This document shows, in pieces, positions 47,428 through 56,116 of a DNA stretch of 64,000 bases (position 1 is the stretch's first letter; the number at the start of each line of letters is the position of its first letter). Both the position numbers and the translations under genes were made by a program. The notes under the pieces were generated by a model. That model ran no database searches and was not told where the DNA came from. It saw only the letters and a program-made list of their open reading frames with translations. This stretch comes from an uncultured beta proteobacterium (GTDB lineage: Bacteria; Pseudomonadota; Gammaproteobacteria; Burkholderiales; Burkholderiaceae_A). The stretch lies in NCBI GenBank assembly GCA_902625535.1, contig CACOBT010000007.1:5220-69219 (forward strand). Reading direction: 5' to 3'.

Positions 47428-49203
47428 TTATAGATACTCCTGCGTACCAGACATAGGTGCCCATTCAACAAGTTTCTCGTTTTCACAAGTAATTGACAAA
47501 CAAACGAATGAATTTACTGTCGTGTACAAGGAAAAAAACTTTGCTAAAACTAAAGTAAATAAAATTAATGATGACCCAACAAATGCGTCTCTTTCTATCT
47601 CAATACTAACGCTTACTCCAGTACAAAAGGTTCTCCATGACTGCTTTTGTATTCTTCTAACAGACTCATTCGCTACTAAGCTTTTAATTCCTCTAATTTG
47701 TTCAAAATCTCGGAGATTTCCAGTAGAAAATAAATTAAGCATCTCACGTATTTGATGTATGCCGGTATCTCCGGCAACCAAAGAATAATGGTTCAAAGTC
47801 AAAAGTGAAGTTAGTTGCCAAATTGAGCCGCCGTCGAATGAGGGATCCCTTTGGGCAGATGGTTCATAGAGTGATCTTACCTGAATGCCATCAGTGATAC
47901 CTTCAGCATCAAATCGAGAGTTTGCAGGGATTTGCTCACAAATTCTCCGATTGGTGCAAAGTAGATTTGCGTAAGCAGTCGCATTTTTTATGATTTCACT
48001 GGACAGATTCTTTTCAACCAAGCTAAAGAAAATATCCGATCCTGTCACATCTTTTCTCAAACTTTTTTCCCTTCTGGCTATCCACAATAAATCATCGCCT
48101 TCACTATCGAATGCGTCCTGACCCTCAGTAACAGCAGAAAACTCTTTTATTTTTCTGGTATTACTGCCCCCTGGCTCTGAAATTGTGATGCTCTCAATTG
48201 AATGAATTTCGGTATACGAATCATTTTTCTTATCAGCAATTAAAAGTTGATCAATTTTTCTATCCGAAAGCTTAATTGGTTCACTTATTTTTGAAAAAAG
48301 ATTGATGATCGGAACGCAATTTAATATTAAATTTTTCTCGGTTAATGCTTTTAACTTTTTTGGTAATACTGAGAAATTAAACTTTAAAATTAATTTGTTT
48401 CCAGAAAACGAGTTCAAATTTAAATTTTTCAATGTTATAAAATGAAATTTTTTCTCGAATGCAAAATATTCCTGTAACAGGCAATATGCTGGCTGACCAC
48501 CATGAGGTAGTGGAAGAGCTAATTCCTCCTCATCAAAACCTTTGAATTGAACAATATCTTTTGAACATTCAATAAGTTTTCCTGTTTGATCCAAAATAGT
48601 CACACTCCTAAGTTTGTTTATTAAGTTTTCTTGTAATTGAGAAATCATTTTCCAATCCGCATTAATATGGAAATCAAGAGTAGGAATTTGCAATTCAGAT
48701 AAATCCGAACCTTGTATAGTTTGTAAGTGAAGGAAAACATTTTCGTCCTCGTCGAATGACGTATTGACCACTTGTAAGGGAATAAAGAAAAGATCCCAGA
48801 CTGTTCTGAATGTACAAATTTGGCCAGCATCAGAGCGTGCTTCTAGACGAGAGTGCCTCGGAATTTTTAATGGACTTGTTATTTTTCCTAGTTTGGAATT
48901 CGGTGTAAGGTGGGCTACAGTTAATGACGGAATCGGCTGCAAAAGAGATGGGCAAAACTTTTCAAGGACACCATTAGCAATTTGTGAGTAATCCCTATCA
49001 ATGTCTCGACGGACTCTGGCGGACAAAAAAGCGAATGATTCTATGAGCCTCTCGACATGGGGATCTAATGATTCACTTTCCCTCAAATCTAATTTTGAAG
49101 CAACTTGTGGGTATTTTTTTCCAAAATCCTTACCTGCCCGACGTAAATATTCGAGCTCACGTGTGAAGTAATCCATTAAATCTAGCTCTCTATGACTTGA
49201 CAT
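47428..49203 (-). CDS. tssF: type VI secretion baseplate protein TssF
   Basis: N-terminus 'YFTRELEYLRRAGKDFGKKYPQVASKL', 'DPHVERLIESFAFLSARV' typical of TssF. 591 aa. Confidence 0.92.
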   Translation of the reverse strand: MSSHRELDLMDYFTRELEYLRRAGKDFGKKYPQVASKLDLRESESLDPHVERLIESFAFLSARVRRDIDRDYSQIANGVLEKFCPSLLQPIPSLTVAHLTPNSKLGKITSPLKIPRHSRLEARSDAGQICTFRTVWDLFFIPLQVVNTSFDEDENVFLHLQTIQGSDLSELQIPTLDFHINADWKMISQLQENLINKLRSVTILDQTGKLIECSKDIVQFKGFDEEELALPLPHGGQPAYCLLQEYFAFEKKFHFITLKNLNLNSFSGNKLILKFNFSVLPKKLKALTEKNLILNCVPIINLFSKISEPIKLSDRKIDQLLIADKKNDSYTEIHSIESITISEPGGSNTRKIKEFSAVTEGQDAFDSEGDDLLWIARREKSLRKDVTGSDIFFSLVEKNLSSEIIKNATAYANLLCTNRRICEQIPANSRFDAEGITDGIQVRSLYEPSAQRDPSFDGGSIWQLTSLLTLNHYSLVAGDTGIHQIREMLNLFSTGNLRDFEQIRGIKSLVANESVRRIQKQSWRTFCTGVSVSIEIERDAFVGSSLILFTLVLAKFFSLYTTVNSFVCLSITCENEKLVEWAPMSGTQEYL

Positions 49204-49672
49204 GATCGCTCTCGACTAATTTATAATTTTCTATACTGTCTTTAGACGAAACTAGAAAAGTGACTGGTTCAGTAGATTCGTCGGCCATAAGGTTACCCAT
49301 TATTTCAAACTTAAGTTCCGATTTATTCTGATGATCAACTAAATATCTAATCGTTATATTTTTCAAACGGGGTTCAAAAAAATGGAAGGCTTTTACCAAA
49401 ATCTGGTTGATATTCTTTCGGCTATCAGAATTCTGAACCGAATTGCCGTAAAAATCAGGTAAACCATAATCTAGGACGGTAAGATTTTGTTTATTCAGGA
49501 ATTCAAAAAAACTGAGTCTCGATCTCGTTTGTGATATTCTACTAAGCTCTTTAAAAACGGAGCTTTCAAGGTTTGCAATATCTAGCCACTGAGCACCGTT
49601 CTTTTCACTATCTACTGATTGCTCTAGCCGATCAAAAAGAGGAGCGTAACCACCGGTTTTTAGACGAGACAT
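49190..49672 (-). CDS. tssE: type VI secretion baseplate protein TssE (gp25-like)
   Basis: 'PLFDRLE', 'TVLDYGLPDF', 'FFEPRLKNI' gp25-like pattern. 160 aa. Confidence 0.85.
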   Translation of the reverse strand: MSRLKTGGYAPLFDRLEQSVDSEKNGAQWLDIANLESSVFKELSRISQTRSRLSFFEFLNKQNLTVLDYGLPDFYGNSVQNSDSRKNINQILVKAFHFFEPRLKNITIRYLVDHQNKSELKFEIMGNLMADESTEPVTFLVSSKDSIENYKLVESDHVKS

Positions 49673-49698
49673 TTTTTAACCCTGACATTAAGCTATCT

Positions 49699-50193
49699 TT
49701 AAGCCGGTAAATTTAAACTCAAATCCCATCCAAAAGAGTCGTTTCCTGGGCTTATAACATCCACGCCTTGCTGTTTGTATTCAATCTGAATTTTTTGGAA
49801 GTTAAGTTTAAAAATATCTGTTGGGAATTTCCCATCACCCCCCGCTTCCGTCTTTATATCGGAAACCATCGCGTTTTCCATTGTAATGACAAATATAGGC
49901 ATAAATGCGCCAGAGGCCGTACGGCCCACTCGAAGAGTAGCAGAGTGAACAGTCGCATTTGCACAGGATGAAAATAAGGCAGGTGTTGATAAATCTGACA
50001 TTTTCGTTAGAATCATATCCGAAAAAGTTACTCGTCCAGCTGTCCTTTCGGTGTTTGCAATGTCCATTTGCATTGGCATCGTGGCTTGCATCTCCCATGT
50101 TTTACACAAAATGCCTGCTTCATCATCTAAAAGAATCGTATCGTTACCTGTAACGTCGGACAAAACAAGATGGTAAATATCATTCGAGCTCAT
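49699..50193 (-). CDS. hcp: type VI secretion tube protein Hcp
   Basis: 164 aa. 'AGRVTFSDMILTKMSDLSTPALFSSCANA' matches the Hcp core pattern. Lies between tssC and tssE. Confidence 0.85.
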   Translation of the reverse strand: MSSNDIYHLVLSDVTGNDTILLDDEAGILCKTWEMQATMPMQMDIANTERTAGRVTFSDMILTKMSDLSTPALFSSCANATVHSATLRVGRTASGAFMPIFVITMENAMVSDIKTEAGGDGKFPTDIFKLNFQKIQIEYKQQGVDVISPGNDSFGWDLSLNLPA

Positions 50194-50253
50194 GACTTAT
50201 ACTCCACTAATGTAAGTTGTTTTAAAGATTTTAATGGTAGGCTATTCATTGTT

Positions 50254-51729
50254 TTAACCAGCAGGAGGAGGTAACTCAGCAACTAACCTTATGGATGCTG
50301 TTAATTCTTCCATTTGAAAATGTGGTCTAATAAAAACTACCGCTTTATAGGAACCAGGTTTGCCCGGGATTTCAGAAACATCTATCCTGGCATTTCCAAG
50401 GGGTAATCGTGCTTTTGTTTCTTGGGGAGCACTATCGTTAAGACAGACATAATCGGATATCCAGGTGTTAAGATATGTCTCAACACTCTGTCTAGTTTGA
50501 AAACTTCCAACTTTGTCTCTCATAATCACTTTTATATAATGTGCAAAACGAGAAGAGGCCAGCATGTATGGTAATCTCGAAGAGAGCTGAGCATTCGCAT
50601 TGGCATTATCTAGGTTATAAAGTTTGGGTTTGTTAACCGTCTGCCCACCAAAAAAAGCCGCGAAATTTGATCCTTTTGAATTTACGATGGCAATGAAACC
50701 TAAATCATTCAGTTCCTTTTCGCGCCTATCAGTGATAGTAACTTCGGTCGGACATTTCAACACAGTGTCACCCTCATTTGTTTTGTAAGTATGGGCCGTC
50801 ATACCTTCAACTTTACCTCCGCCCTCAACCCCTCTAATGGCACTTGTCCAGCCGTATTTTGCGAAGGCGTCCGTGATTCTCAAACCAAGTTGGTAAGAGG
50901 AATTAGCCCACAAGTATTTGGAGTGATCTTTACCATCAACATCTTCCTCGAAAGAAAATGATTCGATAGGAATAAATTTCGACCCATAAGGTAGTCTGGC
51001 TGCATATCTGGGCAGTACAAGTGATACATACCTCGAATCTTCAGAATCCCGAAAAGCCCTCCATGTAATTAATTCAGCACTTTCGAATATTTTCGACATG
51101 TCCCTGGGAGTACCCAGTTCGGTAAAAGTCTTCATATCAAATAAAGCTGGATCGGCCGCTGCGACAAAAGGAGCGTGTGCTGATGCAGCAACTTTTGAAA
51201 TCCTTTCTAGAAGAGATATATCCTGAGGATGACGACTAAAATAAAAGTCTGACAGTAGCATCGAGTAGGGACTACCACCAAAAGTGCCGTACTCATCTTC
51301 ATAAACTTTTTTGAATAAGTTACTCATATCGTAATCAACCGCTGTTTCTAGGTCTTTAAGTAGCTCTTTTTTTGAAGCGTTTAACAATCTGAGCTTTAAT
51401 CTCGGACCAGTTTCGGTCCCAAATACCATGTCGCGCAGCCCCGTCCATGCAGCCTCCAGATTTTGGAAATCAGGGCAGTGCATAATTTCGTTTAGATGAT
51501 CTGATAACAAAGAATCAATAGTCGCGATCCTATCATTAACCATAGCAACTACGTCTTTATCTGGACTGAATTTCATACCCTCATCAAGAAGCTCTGAGGC
51601 AAATTGTCCTAGCATTAATTTCGCATAAGATTCTTGAGTAGGGTTATTAACCATTCCCCCTTCCTCTATTATCCGTTCAACCAGAGACAAATCAGTCTTA
51701 ACACCTTCCTCTTTTCCACTATCAGCCAT
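50254..51729 (-). CDS. tssC: type VI secretion sheath large subunit TssC
   Basis: 491 aa. Blocks 'FGGSPYSMLLSDFYF', 'AHAPFVAAADPALF', 'LVLPRYAARLPYG', 'RFAHYIKVIMRDKVGSF'. Confidence 0.95.
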   Translation of the reverse strand: MADSGKEEGVKTDLSLVERIIEEGGMVNNPTQESYAKLMLGQFASELLDEGMKFSPDKDVVAMVNDRIATIDSLLSDHLNEIMHCPDFQNLEAAWTGLRDMVFGTETGPRLKLRLLNASKKELLKDLETAVDYDMSNLFKKVYEDEYGTFGGSPYSMLLSDFYFSRHPQDISLLERISKVAASAHAPFVAAADPALFDMKTFTELGTPRDMSKIFESAELITWRAFRDSEDSRYVSLVLPRYAARLPYGSKFIPIESFSFEEDVDGKDHSKYLWANSSYQLGLRITDAFAKYGWTSAIRGVEGGGKVEGMTAHTYKTNEGDTVLKCPTEVTITDRREKELNDLGFIAIVNSKGSNFAAFFGGQTVNKPKLYNLDNANANAQLSSRLPYMLASSRFAHYIKVIMRDKVGSFQTRQSVETYLNTWISDYVCLNDSAPQETKARLPLGNARIDVSEIPGKPGSYKAVVFIRPHFQMEELTASIRLVAELPPPAG

Positions 51730-51757
51730 TTTTTACCCCTAATATTTCGTTTAATGT

Positions 51758-52315
51758 TTATTTCTTGCTAGCGTCGGGAGACTTCTTACCATCTGATTTG
51801 GATTCCTCAGAATTGTCGTCCTTTTGCGGAAATGCCTCAGTTTTAAGCTTCTTAACCTTCTCCTGACTTACTGCTACCTCAGCAAGAACAGAATTTAGTT
51901 CATCATTTCCGTCTAATTTGGCAACTAAATCTCTTAAATACTGCCTCGCAAGTAGCAGTTTTTCTAATCGAGGAACTTGTTTAACGATATTCTCGGGATG
52001 AAAATCATCAAATTTTTCAAACTGAAGATCAATTTTTAGTTCTCCCTCCCCTTTCATTACATCTGGTATTTTCACCCCAACCTTTGGAGAAATTTTAGCC
52101 ATTACCTCATTGAAATTATCACGATCTATCTCCACAAAACGCCTGTCGCGGAGCTTAGGGAGCGATTCCTGCTGTTCTCCAGATAGGTCGGCTATTAGTC
52201 CTACTACGAAGGGTAGTTCTTTTTTTTCTATTGCATCACCGATTTCTACATCGTATGTAATTTGCACTCGCGGAGGACGGTTCCTACCGACCCATTTTTG
52301 CAGACTATCAGCCAT
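51758..52315 (-). CDS. tssB: type VI secretion sheath small subunit TssB
   Basis: 'PPRVQITYDVEIGDAIEKKELPFVVGLIADLSG' canonical TssB/VipA N-terminus. SD GGAGGG 5 nt upstream. Confidence 0.93.
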   Translation of the reverse strand: MADSLQKWVGRNRPPRVQITYDVEIGDAIEKKELPFVVGLIADLSGEQQESLPKLRDRRFVEIDRDNFNEVMAKISPKVGVKIPDVMKGEGELKIDLQFEKFDDFHPENIVKQVPRLEKLLLARQYLRDLVAKLDGNDELNSVLAEVAVSQEKVKKLKTEAFPQKDDNSEESKSDGKKSPDASKK

Positions 52316-52336
52316 TTAGACCCTCCATAACATATT

Positions 52337-52350
52337 TATACTTTAGTATA
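52337..52350. promoter_or_regulatory. palindromic operator-like site TATACTTTAGTATA (site 1), plus partial copy ATACTTTAGT at 52361-52370
   Basis: Perfect 6-2-6 inverted repeat read directly. It lies just downstream of the predicted tssB -10. The partial copy lies in the -35/-10 spacer. Confidence 0.6.
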
Positions 52351-52351
52351 T

Positions 52352-52380
52352 ATTATTATCATACTTTAGTTTAATTTCAA
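52352..52380 (-). promoter_or_regulatory. candidate sigma70 promoter of the tssB operon
   Basis: Minus strand: TTGAAA (52380-52375), 17-nt spacer, AATAAT (52357-52352), about 35 nt before the tssB ATG. By eye only. Confidence 0.4.
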
Positions 52381-52388
52381 GCTTTTTT

Positions 52389-53066
52389 TTATTTTAATTT
52401 TCTTAGTAACTTATCTGCCATTACCGTTGCTAATCGACTCCTCATTTTTATAGCCGAAAGCCGTTCCTGCTCATCGTCGGTTAGCCGTTCAATCGTTTTC
52501 ACCAACTCCTTTCTACATGAATCTATTTTTTCCTGCGTTGAAGTTAATTGGCTACGTAAATTCTCTCTCTTTTTTACCTCAGAGGATAATTCGTCAAATG
52601 CCTCTGACACAGTTTCCCAGGGCGACCTCGTATTCTGAGACTTTTCCTCATATAAGTCCGAAAATAATTCAGATAAACTTGCTCCGAGTTGATCTAGTTG
52701 TTTTGTAGCCTCAACACTACTATTTCTTGTAAATTTACCTTCATCACTAAGGGCTGAATCAACGAGAGAATTTGTTTTTGCAACCTTTCTTGCGAGAGAG
52801 TTGATACTGTCGTCATTTGAAATATCAGCAAGGTCGTGCTCTATAAAATCCTCTTCCAACTCCTGTTTTTGCTCAGAACTGGTAATTTGCTCTGTGGGAG
52901 TTGGTTCATACTCTCCTTCAAAAAAATCATCCTCTGTGGATTTCTCATCAGAATTTTCTTTCCGCTCCTGGACAACGTCTTCCCAACCCCGCTCTGGAAC
53001 ATAACTGCGTAAACCCTCCATCGTTCCCAAAGTTAGACCGCTTGCAGTCGAAGTTTTTTCAGGCAT
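52389..53066 (-). CDS. acidic, predicted helical/coiled protein of unknown function
   Basis: 225 aa. Asp/Glu/Ser-rich N-half and heptad-like C-half. First gene upstream of tssB on the same strand. No recognisable motif. Confidence 0.5.
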   Translation of the reverse strand: MPEKTSTASGLTLGTMEGLRSYVPERGWEDVVQERKENSDEKSTEDDFFEGEYEPTPTEQITSSEQKQELEEDFIEHDLADISNDDSINSLARKVAKTNSLVDSALSDEGKFTRNSSVEATKQLDQLGASLSELFSDLYEEKSQNTRSPWETVSEAFDELSSEVKKRENLRSQLTSTQEKIDSCRKELVKTIERLTDDEQERLSAIKMRSRLATVMADKLLRKLK

Positions 53067-53107
53067 ATCTGTCCCAAAGAAATGTTTTTATAGATAGAAT
53101 TAATTCC

Positions 53108-53122
53108 AATACTTTAGTATAA
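53108..53122. promoter_or_regulatory. palindromic operator-like site AATACTTTAGTATAA (site 2); related ACACTTAAGTAT at 53143-53154
   Basis: Read directly. Overlaps the -10 TATACT of the orf225 promoter on the minus strand. Also overlaps a perfect TATAAT (53118-53123) facing the histidine kinase gene on the plus strand. Confidence 0.6.
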
Positions 53123-53143
53123 TTAATGGTGCATTTTTGTCAA
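53116..53143 (-). promoter_or_regulatory. candidate sigma70 promoter of orf225
   Basis: Minus strand: TTGACA (53143-53138), 16-nt spacer, TATACT (53121-53116). Confidence 0.45.
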
Positions 53144-53170
53144 CACTTAAGTATTGTTATTTGGTGATCA

Positions 53171-54928
53171 GTGTTTATTAAACGTAACCTAAAATGGCTT
53201 TCTTACAAGACAGCCATACACCCGTATTTCCACTTTTTAAACATTTTTTTATGTTTATATATTGGATTTGCAACGGTTGATTCTAGCTCTACGACCGGGG
53301 TAGCGGAATTTGTTCAAATTTGGACCAGCGTGGTAATTCTAACAAGTACTGTCGCTATTTTGTTTGTCCCCCAGTCTTTGGTATTAGCGATTTTAAGCAT
53401 CATATATTGGCTCTGTCTTGGATTTTTTCTTATTGTTAGTGTGCAGACAGATTCATCGGGATTCTTTATTTATCTACCCTCTGTAATAACGTTGATAGCT
53501 TTTTTTGGGTCGGAAGATAGATTAACCGCGTCTCTCACGCGTTTTTTTCTACTGACGTTAAGTGGACTACTTTTATTTGCATTTCAACAGCAATTCGGTG
53601 CGAGAACAAGCGTTTTTATTTTTATTGGAATATTAGCTAGCTTTACACTGATTATTTACAGCACCCAAAATTTAAGGGTGTTAAGAAAAACAGAATTAGC
53701 GAAAATTAGAATACGAAATTTAGTGAGACAAATTTATACAGAGAAAAAGAATTTACAAATTAAACAAAGATTAGAATCAAATTTTTTAGCGTCATTCGTC
53801 CATGACCTAAGACAACCAATTCATGCGATAAACTTGTATATTTCCTCAATGGAACGAGTCTTAATCAAGTTAGAGTTAGCTGACTCTAACCTAGGGCGAC
53901 TCAGTTTCTCTCTACGACGCCTAAAAATGAGTGTGAAATACATGAATAATGTTCTGGACGGACTACTTGAAGCTACAAAATTAGAACAAGGAATCATTAG
54001 TCCGACAACTCAGCCTATTGATTTAATACAATTTGCTAAAGGAATTGTTAGCCAATATTCAGAGGATGCCGCTGAATTAGGTTTAAACCTAGAATTCAAA
54101 TCTAAAATAGCCCACGAATTATATATAAGCACAGATCCCCGACTATTAGAGAGAATTTTAAGAAACTTAATATCTAATGCACTAAAATTTACCGACTCAG
54201 GCGGAGTGAGATTAAGATTAAAAAAAAATCAAATCTCGGTTACCATTTCCGTAATAGATACTGGAAAAGGTATACCCCTCAAACTGCAAGAGAAAATTTT
54301 TGATGAATTCTCACAAGTCTCTTCGCAGACAGAGATTTTGGAAAATAACGGACTAGGACTAGGTTTGTCAATTGCAAAACGATTAACTAGTAAAATCGGA
54401 GGAGAACTGATTATTCGCAGCAGTGAAAACTTGGGCTCAATATTTAGCATTAGACTACCTGCCACATATCCAAAGCCATTCGGTTTCAGAAGGGTTGAAT
54501 TGGAACAAGCTATGGAGCAAACCGTGATTCCACAAATAACACTTACAGACCCTCAAACTACAATTATCTTGTTGGTGGATGAGGATCGCACATCAAGAGA
54601 TGCATTCAATACATTAGAACCGGAATTAAATCTAAGAATTATTTCTGGATCAAATTCTCAAACAATCTTAAATTCGTATACCGATTTAGTTACACCACCA
54701 AAGTTAATAATCGTGAATACCAGTAATCAGAAAGAAAAACCAATGCATTCTATTGATAAGCTTAATATGGAATTTAATGAAGATTTCCCAGTTATTTTTT
54801 TATCGTCTGATATTGAAAGGGAAAGTATCCTTTATAAAAACGTAAAATACGCTGAATTCATGCAAAAGCCTCTTACGATTAATGAAATACAAACTACGAT
54901 TTCAAGACTACTTGAATTAAAAATTTAG
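53171..54928 (+). CDS. membrane sensor histidine kinase with C-terminal pseudo-receiver domain
   Basis: About 5-6 N-terminal TM segments. H-box 'FLASFVHDLRQPIHAI'. N-box 'LRNLISNALKFT'. G-boxes 'DTGKGIP', 'GLGLGLSIAKRL'. REC-like tail 'ILLVDED...LIIVNTSN...FLSSD...QKPL' with Asn at the phospho-Asp position. Confidence 0.85.
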   Translation: MFIKRNLKWLSYKTAIHPYFHFLNIFLCLYIGFATVDSSSTTGVAEFVQIWTSVVILTSTVAILFVPQSLVLAILSIIYWLCLGFFLIVSVQTDSSGFFIYLPSVITLIAFFGSEDRLTASLTRFFLLTLSGLLLFAFQQQFGARTSVFIFIGILASFTLIIYSTQNLRVLRKTELAKIRIRNLVRQIYTEKKNLQIKQRLESNFLASFVHDLRQPIHAINLYISSMERVLIKLELADSNLGRLSFSLRRLKMSVKYMNNVLDGLLEATKLEQGIISPTTQPIDLIQFAKGIVSQYSEDAAELGLNLEFKSKIAHELYISTDPRLLERILRNLISNALKFTDSGGVRLRLKKNQISVTISVIDTGKGIPLKLQEKIFDEFSQVSSQTEILENNGLGLGLSIAKRLTSKIGGELIIRSSENLGSIFSIRLPATYPKPFGFRRVELEQAMEQTVIPQITLTDPQTTIILLVDEDRTSRDAFNTLEPELNLRIISGSNSQTILNSYTDLVTPPKLIIVNTSNQKEKPMHSIDKLNMEFNEDFPVIFLSSDIERESILYKNVKYAEFMQKPLTINEIQTTISRLLELKI

Positions 54929-54929
54929 G

Positions 54930-55580
54930 TTAGTATTTTGTAGAAACAATACCAAGTTTTTGAGCCACGAGAACAGCTTGTGTCCTATTTATGACGCTCA
55001 ATTCTTTAAAGATACCACCGACATGCGATTTCGCAGTTATTTCTGTGATCCCCAGTGCCTGGGCAATATCTTTATTCGCCTTACCCTCGCATATCATTGA
55101 CAGGACTTGAATCTGTCTATCAGTTAAATGAATTTGTCGTATGTCTTTGACATCACGATAGCCTGACGCAGAAAGCCAACGACTTCTCGGTTGCTCTCCA
55201 TCAACCAAAATTTTAATTAAATTCATACTTTCACCGACGGAAGCTCCTTTACTTATAAATGCAGATACGCCAGAACCAAAACAGGCACCTACTTGAAGCT
55301 CGTCATCATTCCCTGATACAGTTATAAGCTTTATCTTTGCCTCAACCGATAGGATTACCCTTATTGCAGCAAGCCCGGTGATCCCCTTCAAACCGAGATC
55401 CATCAAAACCCACCACGCGCTTTCCGGCTCTTCATCCGCGCTCGACCCATTGAAACAGGGCAAAGATTCCTCCAATGAAGAATAGACCTTAATACTGGAA
55501 TTTGGGAAGGCCTCTCGTAAAGCTGTCTCCATCGACTGACGTACGAGAGGATGATCGTCTATGATGACAAATTTAATAAT
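54930..55580 (-). CDS. LuxR/NarL-family response regulator (probable non-canonical ATT start)
   Basis: REC elements 'FVIIDDHPLVRQS' (upstream of the first ATG), 'WWVLMDLGLKG', 'ITVSG', 'FISKG'. GerE HTH 'LTDRQIQVLSMICEGKANKDIAQALGITEITAKSHV'. GGAGA sits 5 nt before the ATT at 55580. Confidence 0.75.
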   Translation of the reverse strand: MIKFVIIDDHPLVRQSMETALREAFPNSSIKVYSSLEESLPCFNGSSADEEPESAWWVLMDLGLKGITGLAAIRVILSVEAKIKLITVSGNDDELQVGACFGSGVSAFISKGASVGESMNLIKILVDGEQPRSRWLSASGYRDVKDIRQIHLTDRQIQVLSMICEGKANKDIAQALGITEITAKSHVGGIFKELSVINRTQAVLVAQKLGIVSTKY

Positions 55581-55594
55581 TACTATCTCCGTTT

Positions 55595-56089
55595 TTAAAC
55601 AAAATTAAGTAAAAAATAAAATAAATACAAAAATATCAGCATGATAGGTCCAAATAAACCTAAGGACCGTAAATTATCGTTCAAACTTGTCTCAGTGTTA
55701 AAACGATCGTCCAGATACTCTTCCGAGATATGCAGACCACTAATGCTGGATTTTGCAATTTGACTATTTAAGTCGTCAAATTCAGATACGTATTCTGTTC
55801 TGTCAGATTTAGTGATACGTGCTTTTGTATCCGAAATTTCTGAATCTGAGATACGATTTTTAATATTTTGAAGAAAATGGTCATAATCAATCCCCAACGC
55901 ATCTGCAACCCTCCTCACACAGTCGATACGATGGTCATACTCTACAAAGCAATTATTTATTTTTTCATTTTCTAATCCAATTACCTGCTCATCCGTTAAT
56001 CCAGCAACTAGTCCAAGCTCTGATACTGAGAGACCATGGTCATATCTTGCCTCTCTTATCCTCTTATGATGAATTATGAAATTATACAT
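55595..56089 (-). CDS. membrane-anchored XRE-family HTH protein
   Basis: N-terminal HTH 'IREARYDHGLSVSELGLVAGLTDEQVIGLEN'. C-terminal TM 'LGLFGPIMLIFLYLFYFLLNFV'. Confidence 0.6.
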   Translation of the reverse strand: MYNFIIHHKRIREARYDHGLSVSELGLVAGLTDEQVIGLENEKINNCFVEYDHRIDCVRRVADALGIDYDHFLQNIKNRISDSEISDTKARITKSDRTEYVSEFDDLNSQIAKSSISGLHISEEYLDDRFNTETSLNDNLRSLGLFGPIMLIFLYLFYFLLNFV

Positions 56090-56116
56090 TTTGATTTTGT
56101 CTGGTATGAGATTATT

